Of a stretch of DNA of 54,007 bases, positions 12,851 through 24,074 are shown one piece after another. The stretch covers positions 62,001 to 116,007 of the forward strand of contig CAUYUJ010000273.1 of the NCBI GenBank assembly GCA_963575745.1, read 5' to 3'. The position numbers were made by a program, and so were the translations under genes. The stretch comes from Prorocentrum cordatum (lineage: Eukaryota). The notes under the pieces are model-generated. The model saw only the letters and a program-made list of their open reading frames with translations, ran no database searches and was not told the DNA's origin. Each line of letters begins with the position of its first letter. Position 1 is the first letter of the stretch.

Positions 12851-13899
12851 GCAGCAGACGCCGTGCTGTACGCGCCCCTCGAGCTGATAAACTTGGGATC
12901 CTGCAGTGCCTTGAGGAGCAGCTTCTCCAGCAGTGGCCCGAATCCCTGCGATGTGATCCACCGACCCCGCCAGCGTGGCAGGAAACTGGCGTCGGGGTGC
13001 GCCTGCACAGAAAATTGAACCTGTCCGAGAACATGGCGCACGTGCCGTGACGCCGCTTCGGGGCGGCATTTGGGGGGCCATTCGGGGGCACTTTCTGCTA
13101 CAATCAGGCGTTCATGTGGGGTCCACTTGGGCCAAGCTGGGCGCATTCTAGCCAAATCGGTACCCCAAAAACATTACGGCTGATTAATGTCGTGCCGACT
13201 TCGGCGTTGGTTTATGACACCGCGGGGATCGTTCAACCTTGAACGATCCGCCGTTCCCAACACATTGAAGGGACCTCTCAAGCTTTCGTCAGGCCTGCGC
13301 AGTGTCCATAATAGCAAGAACGCAGCTGAGCACAGGAGGGCGCGCAGGCAGCTACGGAGCTCCGACATGCAAAAGCAAGTTGTGGACGACGCTGCAAAGC
13401 CCTAGAAGAGCAGAGCAGTGACAGCGCGAGCACCAAATCTGCAAGTGGCCGTTCCCGACACGTCAAATCGCTCAGCATCGATCGATTCTGGGTCGCCGGA
13501 GGCGTTCAACGATGTTCAACGTTGAGCGACGGCGGCGAGGTCGCCGCTGGCCGACACGACACGAACCTACCGCATGGACCGTTGTTACTAGACCTGTGCA
13601 ACCTCGAGTGCCGCCGTCGCCATCAGCATCGTCGCGGTTTCCGTCGTCGCCGCCGCAGCGGCGGCGACGACGGCAATGGAAACGGCGACGACGATGGCCC
13701 CCAAACAGCCTAGGAGGCCTACAGGAGGCGGCCAAGACAGCCGCAAGAGGGCACCACGAGGCCCGCAAGAGGACAGAAAAAACGTCCAAGACCGCCCTAC
13801 AGCGCCCCACGAGGGGCCCCAACACATCGGGTGGAGCTCCGCAGGGTCCTCAAATGCGATCCCCGGGAAGCGCAGCAGTCCATCGGTAATTTGCGCCTT

Positions 13900-14592
13900 T
13901 TCCTCCTCCTCCTCCTCCTCCTCCTCCTCCTCCTCCTCCTCCTCCTCCTCCTCCTCCTCCTCATCCTCCCCTCTTTCTCCTCTTCCTCCTCCTCCTCCTC
14001 CTCCTCCTTTTCCTCATGTTCGTTTTCCTTCGGTCGTCGTCGTCGTCCACCTCCTCCTCCTCCTCCTCCCTCCTCCTCCTTTTCTTGTTCATTTCCTCCT
14101 CCGTCCTCTTGTCCTCCTCCTCCTGTTCCTCCTGTTGCTGCGCCTCTCCTCCTCCTCCTCCTCCTCCTCCTGTTTCTCCTCCTCATCCTGTTTCTCTTCC
14201 TCTTCCTCCTCCTCCTCCTCCTCCTCCTCCCTCCTCCTGTTCCTCCTCCTCCGCACTCATATATATATATATATATATATACACATACATACATACATAC
14301 ATACATACATACATACCTACCTACCTACATACATACATACATACATACATACATACATACATACATACATACATACATACATACATACATACATACATAC
14401 ATACATACACACACATACACACATACATACATACATACATACACACATACATACATACATGCATGCATGCATGCATACATACATACATACATACATACAT
14501 GCATGCATGCATGCATGCATGCATGCATGCATACATACATACATACATACATACATACATACATACATACACCTGTGTTTTATATATACACA
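13900..14592. repeat. (CCT)n tract followed by (TA)n/(CATA)n/(CATG)n microsatellite
   Basis: Directly visible. Confidence 0.97.
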
Positions 14593-14619
14593 TAAATCAA
14601 TCCTGTCTCGCCGTTCGTC

Positions 14620-17600
14620 CTGCCAGCGCGGCGGGCGGCACCTCGCACTTCTCGAAGTGTTTCTTGGCGTGTTCTCCCACGGGCTGGAAAACCAATCCGC
14701 CGCTGGATGCCGAAGGAGCCCCCGCGCCAAGACCAGGTCGGCATGCCCCACTCCCGCCGCGCGATGCCACTTTCGCGGGGCCTAGCGGCGAAACGGCACC
14801 GCGCACCTGCACTTGAAATGGCGGTGGCGGGCCGTGCCCTTCTCGACGACACAGGCCTGGCACGTCGGGCCTTTCGCTGCGCCCACCCTGCTGAACTTGT
14901 CTCGCGCCCGATACCCGCGCGCCACCGCCTGCCTCGCCGCGCCGGCCGCGCACAATCCCCGCCCCCCGTCAGTCTCGCTCCTCAGCTCGGCCGCGACCAG
15001 CGCAAGCAGGGAGGGGCCCGGGGGCCACATTCCTCAGGACTTCCTCTTGGCGCGCGCCGCCCGCAGCTCTAGCTCCAGGCCCAGCTCGGAGCAGCGCCTG
15101 CACGTCCGCGGAGCATACCCTAGCGACGCGGAGGTCCAAGCCCGAGTGCGAGCAGCAGGTGCCCCACGCTGGCCGCGCCCACCCCGCACGCCGCCGCGAC
15201 AAGATGCACGCTCCGGCGGGCCCCCGTGATTCCCGCCGCCCGCCATGGACGCCCATCTCGACCTACTGCCTGCGCCAGGCCATGGATAGACTGGCTCACT
15301 CGACCGCCCCGCCGCAGACTGCAGCCGCCCGCGCGAAGATCGGCGCCGCCGTCGCCATGTATATCGAGTCCTCCTGCTTTCCGTTTGTGGCTAACGTCAT
15401 CGACAAGGGCGCACCCGCGACCTTTCCGCGCCCTGCCCTCACGGCTAAACACCTCAACTGCAGTAGCTGGATCCCTTGACAAGCCCAAGCACTTGGCGCC
15501 GTACATGCATGACGGCTTGAAGCGCGCCCTGAAGACCGTCGCCACCCGCTTCGCCATGCGCCTGCCCTGCCTCCGCAGCCACGTCAGCCTGGCCGCGCGT
15601 GCGCACGGCGCCACCGCACTCTGCTGCCTCTCACGATTTGCTGAGTGGCGCACCATCGGCATGCCGACGCCGAGGTCCAACCCCCGTGGCCTGCAACTTG
15701 ATGACCCCCCTCACGGCTGGCCCCGTAGCTTCCCGCTACTTGGGGGGGCCGGCGAGCACGCAACTTGCCGCCCTTGCCCGCCGAGAAATCCACGCCCACC
15801 AGGCCGACTTCCATCACCGCTACGTCGACCACCTCCTCCGCGCCCGTCATGAGCTTGCACCGCGCCGCCCGCTGCCGGGCGCAGAGGTCGCCCGCGCGCA
15901 ACTTCCTGTCGACCCGAGGTGACCTCTGAGCCAGGCTGGCCCGGCGTCAGCGGCAAGCGCAGCAGTGCCGCCGAGAACTTGCTGCCCGCCACACCAGCCG
16001 CCTGAGTGACCATCCCGCCTGAGCAGCAGCCCCCCACCACCACGATGGCGCGCGCCACGGCGAAGATGGACGTCGCAACAGCAAGGGCTGCCGGCGGGAA
16101 GCCCCAACGCAGGCAGGTCTGCCACGGCTTGACGCTTCACCAATGGCACCGTCTCGATGGCCTGCGCCAGGCCCACGGCCGACGTGGAGAACGCCTCGCC
16201 CTCCGCGCCCTCGGGCCTCCGGGCAGGCAGCCTCGCGGGCCACCAGGGCCCCCCGCGCTGCCGCCCCTGCCCCGCCCCCCGTCTGCAGCGCGGCCCAAGT
16301 CCCCAGGGCCCTCGCGACGCCACTTCTGGAGCGCGCCAACGCGGGCAGCAAAATAACCCCCGTCCTTCTCGGCCGATATCGGGACGAAGAACACTACGAC
16401 ACGGCCCGCCTGCCTCGGCCACACCAGCGCGCGCCCGACCTCCGAGAAAACATCGATGACGGGGGCCCCTCCTCGGCAATGCCGTCGAAGACAGGCGGGC
16501 GCCATCGGTCCGCGCCGATGTCCGCGGGCTGCTTGAAGCGCATCGACACGCCACTCACCGCCGCCACCTCGATCGGCCGGAGCTCCCCGCGCGACGACGC
16601 GAGCCGCGGCCTCTTCTCCTACCGCTCTGCTTGCCCCACCTGCAACGCCTCTGCCCCGGGCGCAAGCGCGGCTGCCGGGGCCCTCTCGGGGCCGGCCGCG
16701 GGCCCCGCTGACCCCGTGGGCTGCCGCGGCGGGGCAGGCGTGGAGAAACGGCGCAGCCCTTATGCTGCCCCAAGGCAGCGCTGGTCAGCCTGCCCCCCCA
16801 CGCGCAGAGGCGCTGGGTTCGGCTCTGCCGATCAGCCGCGTCAGCGCAGCCGCCGGCCTCGGCCGCCCAAGGCCCCGGGCCCCTCGTCGCCCTGCACCTG
16901 CCCCCGCGCCCCGTCTGCCCAAAGCTTCGCGCCCGCGGCGCGGCGAGCCTCCAAGGCACTGGGGAAGGAGCGCCCTTCGCCCGCGACTCGCAAGCGCCAC
17001 CGCGCCAACTCCCAGCGCAGCGCCCGCATGCCTCCTTCGACGTGGGCCACGCTCAAGCTGCCAGGCGCGCGCTCGATCCACCTCCACAGCCATCGCTCCG
17101 CCCCCGGGCCGGCCCCGCCGCCCATTGGCGTCGATGGTCGGACGGGTTCTTCACGCCTACCTCAGGCGCAAGGGCCAACCACCCAACTCCTCGCAAGCCG
17201 CGCGCCTCCTGCTCCACTCTGCCCACGACTTCCCCCCACGCCTGAGTGGCCGCCCACGCGTCGCCGAAGTGGGGGCCCCGCGGGGGCGCCGTCGGCCCCC
17301 CTCGGCGCCCGACGATGCGAGGAAGCATCAGCTTGGAGCGCCGCAACTCCTGATCCCACTTCGCGATCGGCTGGGCGCACGAGCTCCAGACCACTGGCAT
17401 CCGCGGCGCCGTCGGCTACCCCTCGTCGACCCACGCGCTGCACGGGCGCCCCTCCCGCGCTGCGCCCGCCGCAAAGCAGTCGATGGCACGCCCTCCTGCT
17501 CCATTGCTGCACGCGCCCTGAGAGGTGGTCGGGCATGCCATGATGGCCCCCGCCAGCTGCGATCTGCGACTGCGCCAGAGCTCCCCTGGGGTTTGCTGAA

Positions 17601-18780
17601 AGCCCCCGCCCGATCACCCATGGCAGACCTGTTCCGCGCGGCCGGCTCAGCAGGCGCTCGCTGCGCCCGCTCAGGCCTTCGCCCGCCCAAATGAGCCCTC
17701 GCCCTTAGCCAACCGCGCCATAGCAACTCGGCCACGGCAACCCGGAGGGGAGATGCCCCACTCGGCGACGCCCGCGGGGCGCGCCACGCGGACGCGGGCC
17801 GGCACCGCCGCGCCGCCCCAGCCGAGGCCCCCAACTTTCGGATTCCGCCCGTCGTGACGACCACCAGCGCAGGGGCCGTTGGGGGCGCGTCGCTTCGCTG
17901 CTTGGCCTCCTGCAGAGCGCAGCAGCAGCGCCTCGCCGTCTCACCCCCCAGCAGCCTCTCGCGGTGGGCCCCGCAGCCGGAGCCGTTGAAGGCCCAGATC
18001 TCGATCGCGCCCTCCTCAGTTGCGTCGCTCCTCTGCCTGCGCCACAGCGCCCGCCGCAGCCCGGGGTCCCGCGGCATCCCTGCGAAACCTCGGCATCGTT
18101 GCTGGGCCGAGCCCCCCCATCGGGGGGCTGGCTACCGCCGGCTTGCCTCAATCTCCTCGCGCGCATGCTGGACTCCGCAGCCTGCTTCTCCACTGCCGCC
18201 AGACAACCCCGAGGCCCCCAGCCCGCGCCTGGCCACGCCAGGCCGGCACCAGGCCAAAACTGGACCACCATGTCCCTCACCCCCGACGCGCCGAGGCCGA
18301 GCCCGTGCCCCTGCAGCACCAAGTACAAAAAGTCGTCTCCACCCATCGTTCGTGTTTCTCGGGCTGGGCGACTGGGTCAGGCAGCATGGGCTCGTCCTCG
18401 AGCCAGTCCACCTCCTCCTCCTCAGTGAGCTCTGTGACTGCCCACTGCCCTTCGCTCGAAATCCACGTCCGCTCGACTCGCTGTGGGGGACTGGCTCGGG
18501 AAAATAAGCATCACTAGCAGCGCGCTTCGCCGCCAGCTTCTCCAGCTCGGCCGCCAGCCCGCCGAGGCCCTCCGCGAGCCCGACGCCCTCGCAACGTGCC
18601 CCCATATCTCGTGCCAGCTGCTCGCAAATGGCTCTGGTTGCATCTGAACCGTTGGCCTTCGCCCTGGGTCTGACGACCCACCTACTGGAGGCGCGCCTTG
18701 ACCTCCATGTGCTTCGCGCGCGCAGCCGGCTCCACGCGGCGCGCACCTGCAGCTCCTTCTGCTTCGCCAGCAAGGCCTTC
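14620..18780 (-). mobile_element. Decayed non-LTR retrotransposon (LINE): ORF1-like coiled coil, AP endonuclease, RT, C-terminal CCHC knuckle
   Basis: Motifs in the expected order on the minus strand: helical AELEKLAAKRA segment (~18500); IEIWAFNGSG...ALQEAK (APE N-terminal motifs, ~18005-17900); GVAGSKFS (RT QG-like region, ~15990); DLGVG...ARLTWLRRQG..VATVF...PSCMYGAKCLG (post-RT region, ~15680-15480); CQACVVEKGTARHRHFKC (C-x2-C-x8-H-x4-C, ~14810-14863). Many frameshifts. Confidence 0.85.
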
Positions 18781-19079
18781 TAGGCTGCCGGCTTACAAAC
18801 GACAACAGCTTCACATATGGAAGGCGGGCCGTTTTCAAACTGTAACTCTCGCCTCATCGCCGCGCACATCGCCTTAGCGCCGTGCACACTCGACTTCAAC
18901 ATTTGCAAAAGCAAAAAAAACTGATTGAGGGCGGTTCCTTTCAATGTGGTGCTCTCACCCTCAACGCCGCGCACATTCGTTTTATACCATTTGCAACCAA
19001 CAAATAAGGATTCCCATGGTCATCATACCAAAAATGGCGTTTTAGAATGACTCCGGAGCATGTGGGTGCAACAATTATA

Positions 19080-19320
19080 TTGGCACGATTCCGGATCGCC
19101 AATGCGGAATCACCAGGTCGACCCGCGACGTTGGAATCCCAAAAACAATATTTTGGCATGCTTCAGCATCTTCAAACAATTGTCGTCCAACGAGGCAATT
19201 TCTTCTGCGAAAATGGCCCGTTGGAAAAGGCCTATACATAAAAGGCATGTGGAGAGATGGTTTAGTGTAACTTCGATGACGTTGATGACTCTTGGGTTTA
19301 CACTGGCCCTCCTCCTCCCA
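19080..19320 (-). repeat. Dispersed repeat with a CAGTGTAAACCCAAGA end; second copy at ~47275-47500 (+)
   Basis: GGAGGAGGAGG(G/A)CCAGTGTAAACCCAAGA(G/T)TCATCAACG is shared, with patchy similarity over the next ~200 bp. Confidence 0.7.
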
Positions 19321-19690
19321 CCCTGATATCCCCCGCCATCCTTCCCCAGAAATTCCCCCGAACGTTTGCGCGACGGCCGGGGAAGCACATGGCCCGATAG
19401 GTCGGCGGAACTCTTGCCGCAACGATCGGCCACACGGGCCATTCCAAAAGGCAGGGGCCGCAGGCGTCTTCGATTATCAAACAATTGGCCTGGCGACATG
19501 CACATCCATACGCAGTCACGCGTAGCACAGGGCGCGCCCTCGTATATACACATGTGTATACACGTGTAAATGCAGACACACACACATATACATACGTATA
19601 CATACATACATACATACAAACATACATACATGGCAAAATACCTACATACACACATTCACACATAAATGCGTATATACACCTGAAACGGTT

Positions 19691-19727
<37 letters not shown>

Positions 19728-19730
<3 letters not shown>

Positions 19731-19972
19731 CAGCGGGACTGAAGGCCGATTTCTGCGCGTTGAGGTAGGCTGACAGCCGAGGAGTCGAACTTATTATATT
19801 TCCCGTAGGTTGATGAAAGCAAAGGAAAAGGTCGCGAGCCCTTTTTTTCCCATGCGCCACGCACGGGCAGCGCTGTGCCGGATACCAGTACCTGAGCCGA
19901 GACGTCGGCGGTCGATAAAGATATAATTGGAACACGAGCGGACTTCACACACACACACACACGCCGCCACGA
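19728..19972 (+). repeat. ~245-bp diverged direct repeat, copy 1 (copy 2 at 24103-24343)
   Basis: Both copies start TCGCA, share AGGTCGCGAGCC..CCCATGCGCC..ATACCAGTACCTGA..CGTCGGCGGT..GAGCGGACTTCACAC and end in a (CA)n run. Confidence 0.9.
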
Positions 19973-20929
19973 ATCCCGCCCGCTCCACGCGGGCCACGGG
20001 CACACGGGAGACGAAGACTGGGTTCGGAAACAGAGGTGCGAGGTCCACTCGGTACACGATACACTATCATGCCCACCGCTCCTCCAAACGAGGCCGCCTC
20101 GGCCAGGAAGGGGAGGGGGGGGGGCCAACCCCGCCACGCAAGGCACTTGCGGGATACCACCTGCCTTTAACGGGCCCGCGGTGCGCCCCAAAAAAACTCT
20201 TCGGCACCCCCGAACGACCCCCCGCCACCACGGGCGACGAGGCTGGGAGAGCAAGGGGAAATATAACACATGGGAACACAGCTCCGCGTCAACAGCACGG
20301 GCACGGGTGTTTCCACCAGCGCAGAAAGATTCGTGCGCACAGCAACTGTAAAGTAAAATGAGCGTCACGCACTGGGCTCTCCAGGCCCAAATTCGAATTT
20401 GGATTAAGATCGAAGTTGCCGCGACAACTAATCGAAGAGGTTGCATGTGATCAAAGCTGCTACAACAGCTGATGACATTAGGACTGTTAAAATGTATGGC
20501 GCAAGGCACTCCAGGCCTAAAAAATGCGCGACGATTGCATAGAAAAAGCTGTGCTAGGCCGACCAAAATAAGAGCCATAGGGATCGTGCTGTGCATGTGT
20601 CGTACTCTGCGCTGCCGAACTCACATGAAAAGGATAATGCGATGGATGGTGCGAGAAGATTGGCGACGGGCGCCTTGCCATGGTGCGCCCATGCCCTTGA
20701 CCTCGCAGAGAATCAGGGATGAATGGCGGGCGACCTGCCAGGGTGCGCGAACGCCCGCAATGCCATAACATACTGAACGGTATTGTGTCATAAGACATGC
20801 AGCCTGAAATCTGTAGATACGCAGTGCCATAGGAGTGTCGAAAAGAAAACCTACATGAACGCCAAAAAATATACGCAACAACAGCAGAACCACGATATGC
20901 GAATCAACGAAACCTGCTGAAATCGTCGT

Positions 20930-22650
20930 ATGCACCATCCCAAATGCGACTACCACGGTCGTCGAACTGGCCGATCGTACGCGCAATATTTGGGCCAACC
21001 CACATGTAGTCGCAATCGCTCTAGCCAACGCAGACCCATCTACGCAAGTGGCATGACCAATAGCGGCGCGCGTTTTCCTCGCAGCGACCCAGGCGGTCGC
21101 GCCACGCTCTGCGCATTCGCCTGGGGCAATCCACGCAGCATCAACGTCGCCGTGGCCTCAGAGAGCATTGCAGACACAGGCGCCTGGTGACCACGCGATG
21201 GCTTCGTGGATAAATCATACCTCGAGGTCCATACATTCTGCGGCCGACGCCATTCCCGCCCCCCCCCGCGGGGGCAACACCCGCGCCGAATATGCCTTCT
21301 GGCACGCCGGCCCTTTGGGCCCAAGCCCACGCGAGACCCTATGGGAGGCCCAGAATGCCAGCGCCAGAAGCGACAACTCCGGCGCACACTCAGGCGGAAC
21401 CATCAGAGGACAGCGCCAGAAGCGGTCTCTTCGGCCGCGGAATGGATCCATCACAGCCACTACACCAAAAGATTCGAGAGAATCAACGGCCTGATCAACG
21501 GCTACCCTGGCCTTTGGAATACACGGTCATCGCCCGAGCGCGATTAAATGACAAGTCTGCGCCCGCGGCATTTCCGCCGCGATGCGACGCGGCTTGTTCT
21601 GCGGCAGTTCGTCGATAAAACACGGCCAATCTCTCGCGCGCGGGCAGGCGCTGAAAAGACAAAATTCGACGAAGCCACGAATTGCAACAACGCCCGCATC
21701 GACGAGTGGAGGACTTGGCTTCGGCAGCGGGCCGAGGCGGACGTGGGTGGCCCTCCATCCCCGCCACCAACCGACGGGAACAAGGAACCACAGCTGCCCT
21801 TGAGAGTTCCGCCGCCTCCGCCAAAGGCCCCCCCTCCAACCGAGGGCGCCGCTGCGCCTGCCCTGGCGAAGCCACCTCTGCCGCTGGCTGCATCCGCCGC
21901 CGCGGACTCCCCCGGCGAAGCCCAAGGATCCACCTGCCCACCGTCTTTGCCTACAATGCGCGACAGCGCGCCGGTGGCATCACCCGCAGACGCCGCTCCT
22001 TCCTCGGCATCTGCAGCTTCATCCCAGCTCGCAGCGATGGCCGCGCACGGGTGCTACGACCGATCCCGAACATGAACATGGAAAGAAAATGTTGGGCAAA
22101 TGTGGAAGCTATTGCACCCCGAGGGAATACTGCATGCGTAAGAGGACAGCTGACTCCTTCCCCTGGGTACATTCCCCTTGCGAGGACATGGCAACTACTC
22201 CATGTGCACGACGGATCAGCAGCATATTGAACGTTCACAATACGACAACTACGTCATTGCGCATGCCCCGGATTTGCATGACAGCGGATGTTTCCCTGAA
22301 TACGCATTGGCCACGCTGTGTCATGTGAGAACACAACAACTGGGACCATCTCTCCTCAAAGGGTGGACCAGAGACACGCCGATCATTTCTTTGGCACAAC
22401 CAAGCAGTTTAGCAAATCGGTTTCCACCACGCTACGCCTCGACAGCCAAGAGCGCAACGGACTCACCCAGTTCGTTGATCGTCGAGTCAACAGCTGGCCG
22501 CGGTCGCCCGATACGGCGCCATGAGGAGTTCGCAGCGCTGCCTTCTCGTTCGACCAGCCGATGAAAGCGGCATTTGGACAGGGCGGACATGGACTAGACA
22601 AACAAACTGTCGCTGACCACATGCGGCAGGCTCAAGAACTTGGACATTCT
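20930..22650 (+). pseudogene. Decayed ORF of unknown function (Helitron cargo 1)
   Basis: ORFs 20930..21190, 21206..21547, 21548..22075 and 22178..22564 all lie in one frame, separated by a few stops. The translation is protein-like (WIHHSHYTKRFERINGLINGYPGLW; DEWRTWLRQRAEAD; a Pro/Ala linker; WKENVGQMWKLLHPEG; YDNYVIAHAPDL). Confidence 0.55.
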
Positions 22651-24074
22651 TGACAGTCCTGGAATCGTCGGTTGTGTGCTTCGCGCATTTGTTCCAAACG
22701 AGCGAGCACGTCCTCGACCCGTGCCTTTTCAGCCTCTCCTGCGTGGGAGATCTGGGTGAATCGTAACTGCACGTGTTCCGCCGCGTTCCATACCTCGGCC
22801 GGTCGGGCTTCGAGGGAGTCGAAATCGTGAACCGGAATCGGGGTGCCCAGCGGACCAGTCTGGGTCCGTACAACACGCAACTCAGCCATCGCAGCGTGCA
22901 TTTCAAGTAGCTGTTGCTCGACCGCGTCCTTCCGAAGCGTAGGCACACGTCCCTCCGAAACGTCAAGACGCTGAACGATGGCCATGTCAGCACTACGCAG
23001 CTTGCCGTGCAACTATGACGTGAGCGCGGTATTTCGGGAATGTGGGTTGGCAATCGCATTGCGGTCCTCTCGGAGCTGTTGATCCGTAAATCCATGTACC
23101 TCCATAGCTGGAACGTGCCGCACTGTCAGGAGCGCATCGTGTAGTGTCCTGACGGCAGCAACGCCCGCGCCCCTGACGCTCACGAGTTGGGCCTCCGCTG
23201 CGAAGAAGTAGCCGTGGAGCGTCCGAATTGCAGTGGGGTCGGACACTCGGCGTGACTCCACGCGGTCGATTTGATAGTGGACCTGGGCGATGATCGATCG
23301 ACCCTCACCGATCCGAGCGTCGACAAGGGCAAGGGCGTGGTGGAGCGATTGCCTCAGCGCCGCTGTCCGCGCAGCAAGACCCGACAGCTGCTGGGTCGTG
23401 CAAGTTTCAAGCTGGTCTCGAAGCTCTGCCAAATCACTGGCCGAGGGCGACGCATACGGTGCGATATCGCGCCACCTGGAGCTCTGCCGTGAGCGCCTCG
23501 GGGAGGGGTTGCGGTTGTTGTCCTTAGTGGGACACTGGATGTGATACCGCTCACCGCTCAGGGGCTCTTCGCTGAAATGTCCACCCACTGAGATCTTCAA
23601 TGATTCGCACATGCTCTGAACCGGAAACCACGGTGGGGGCGTGAAATCGCCTCAGCGGCGGTGTCGCGCAGAAGCGCTAAGAGGAGACGCTGATCTGGCA
23701 CGACCACTGCGGGCGTCTCCACCAGCGTAGGTTGGAGAAGAAGGAGGCGAGGCGAATCCAGCGGTGGCTCCAAGGGCAACTGCTGGTGTTTCCATCAGCG
23801 AGGTTCTGAACTAAAGATGGAGCCAGGAGACGTATCAGACGAATCTGGCGCCACAGCATGTTGTTCGAACCCAGGCGCGTGATTGAGCGCGCGCGCGCGG
23901 TAGGCGAGTCGGAAACGAGGTCCCCGAGCGCAGCCTCGAGCGCAGCGGCGCGCCTGAAAAGAGGGAAGGCGGTATCGCAAGTCCTCTTGCCCTCGCCGTG
24001 GTGTCGCGACGCTCGCGCTCCGTCGAAGCCCCTGCACGCATAGTGGCACTGATTCCCGTGGGGTCCAGCGCCAT
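22632..24074 (-). pseudogene. Decayed helical/coiled-coil protein gene (Helitron cargo 2)
   Basis: ORFs 23013..23612 and 22632..23012 abut in one frame across a single stop (~326 codons) and have heptad-like segments (DLAELRDQLE; EKARVEDVLARLEQMREAHNRRF). A plausible start is MALDPTG at 24074, with frameshifts in between. Confidence 0.6.

Noticed and set aside
11431..13155. 574-aa ORF, the longest in the track
   Set aside because: It is made of trinucleotide repeats and local duplications in GC-rich DNA and has no recognisable domain.
16143..17694. Long plus-strand ORFs (466 aa and 310 aa)
   Set aside because: They are antisense shadows of the GC-rich minus-strand LINE and carry no motifs.
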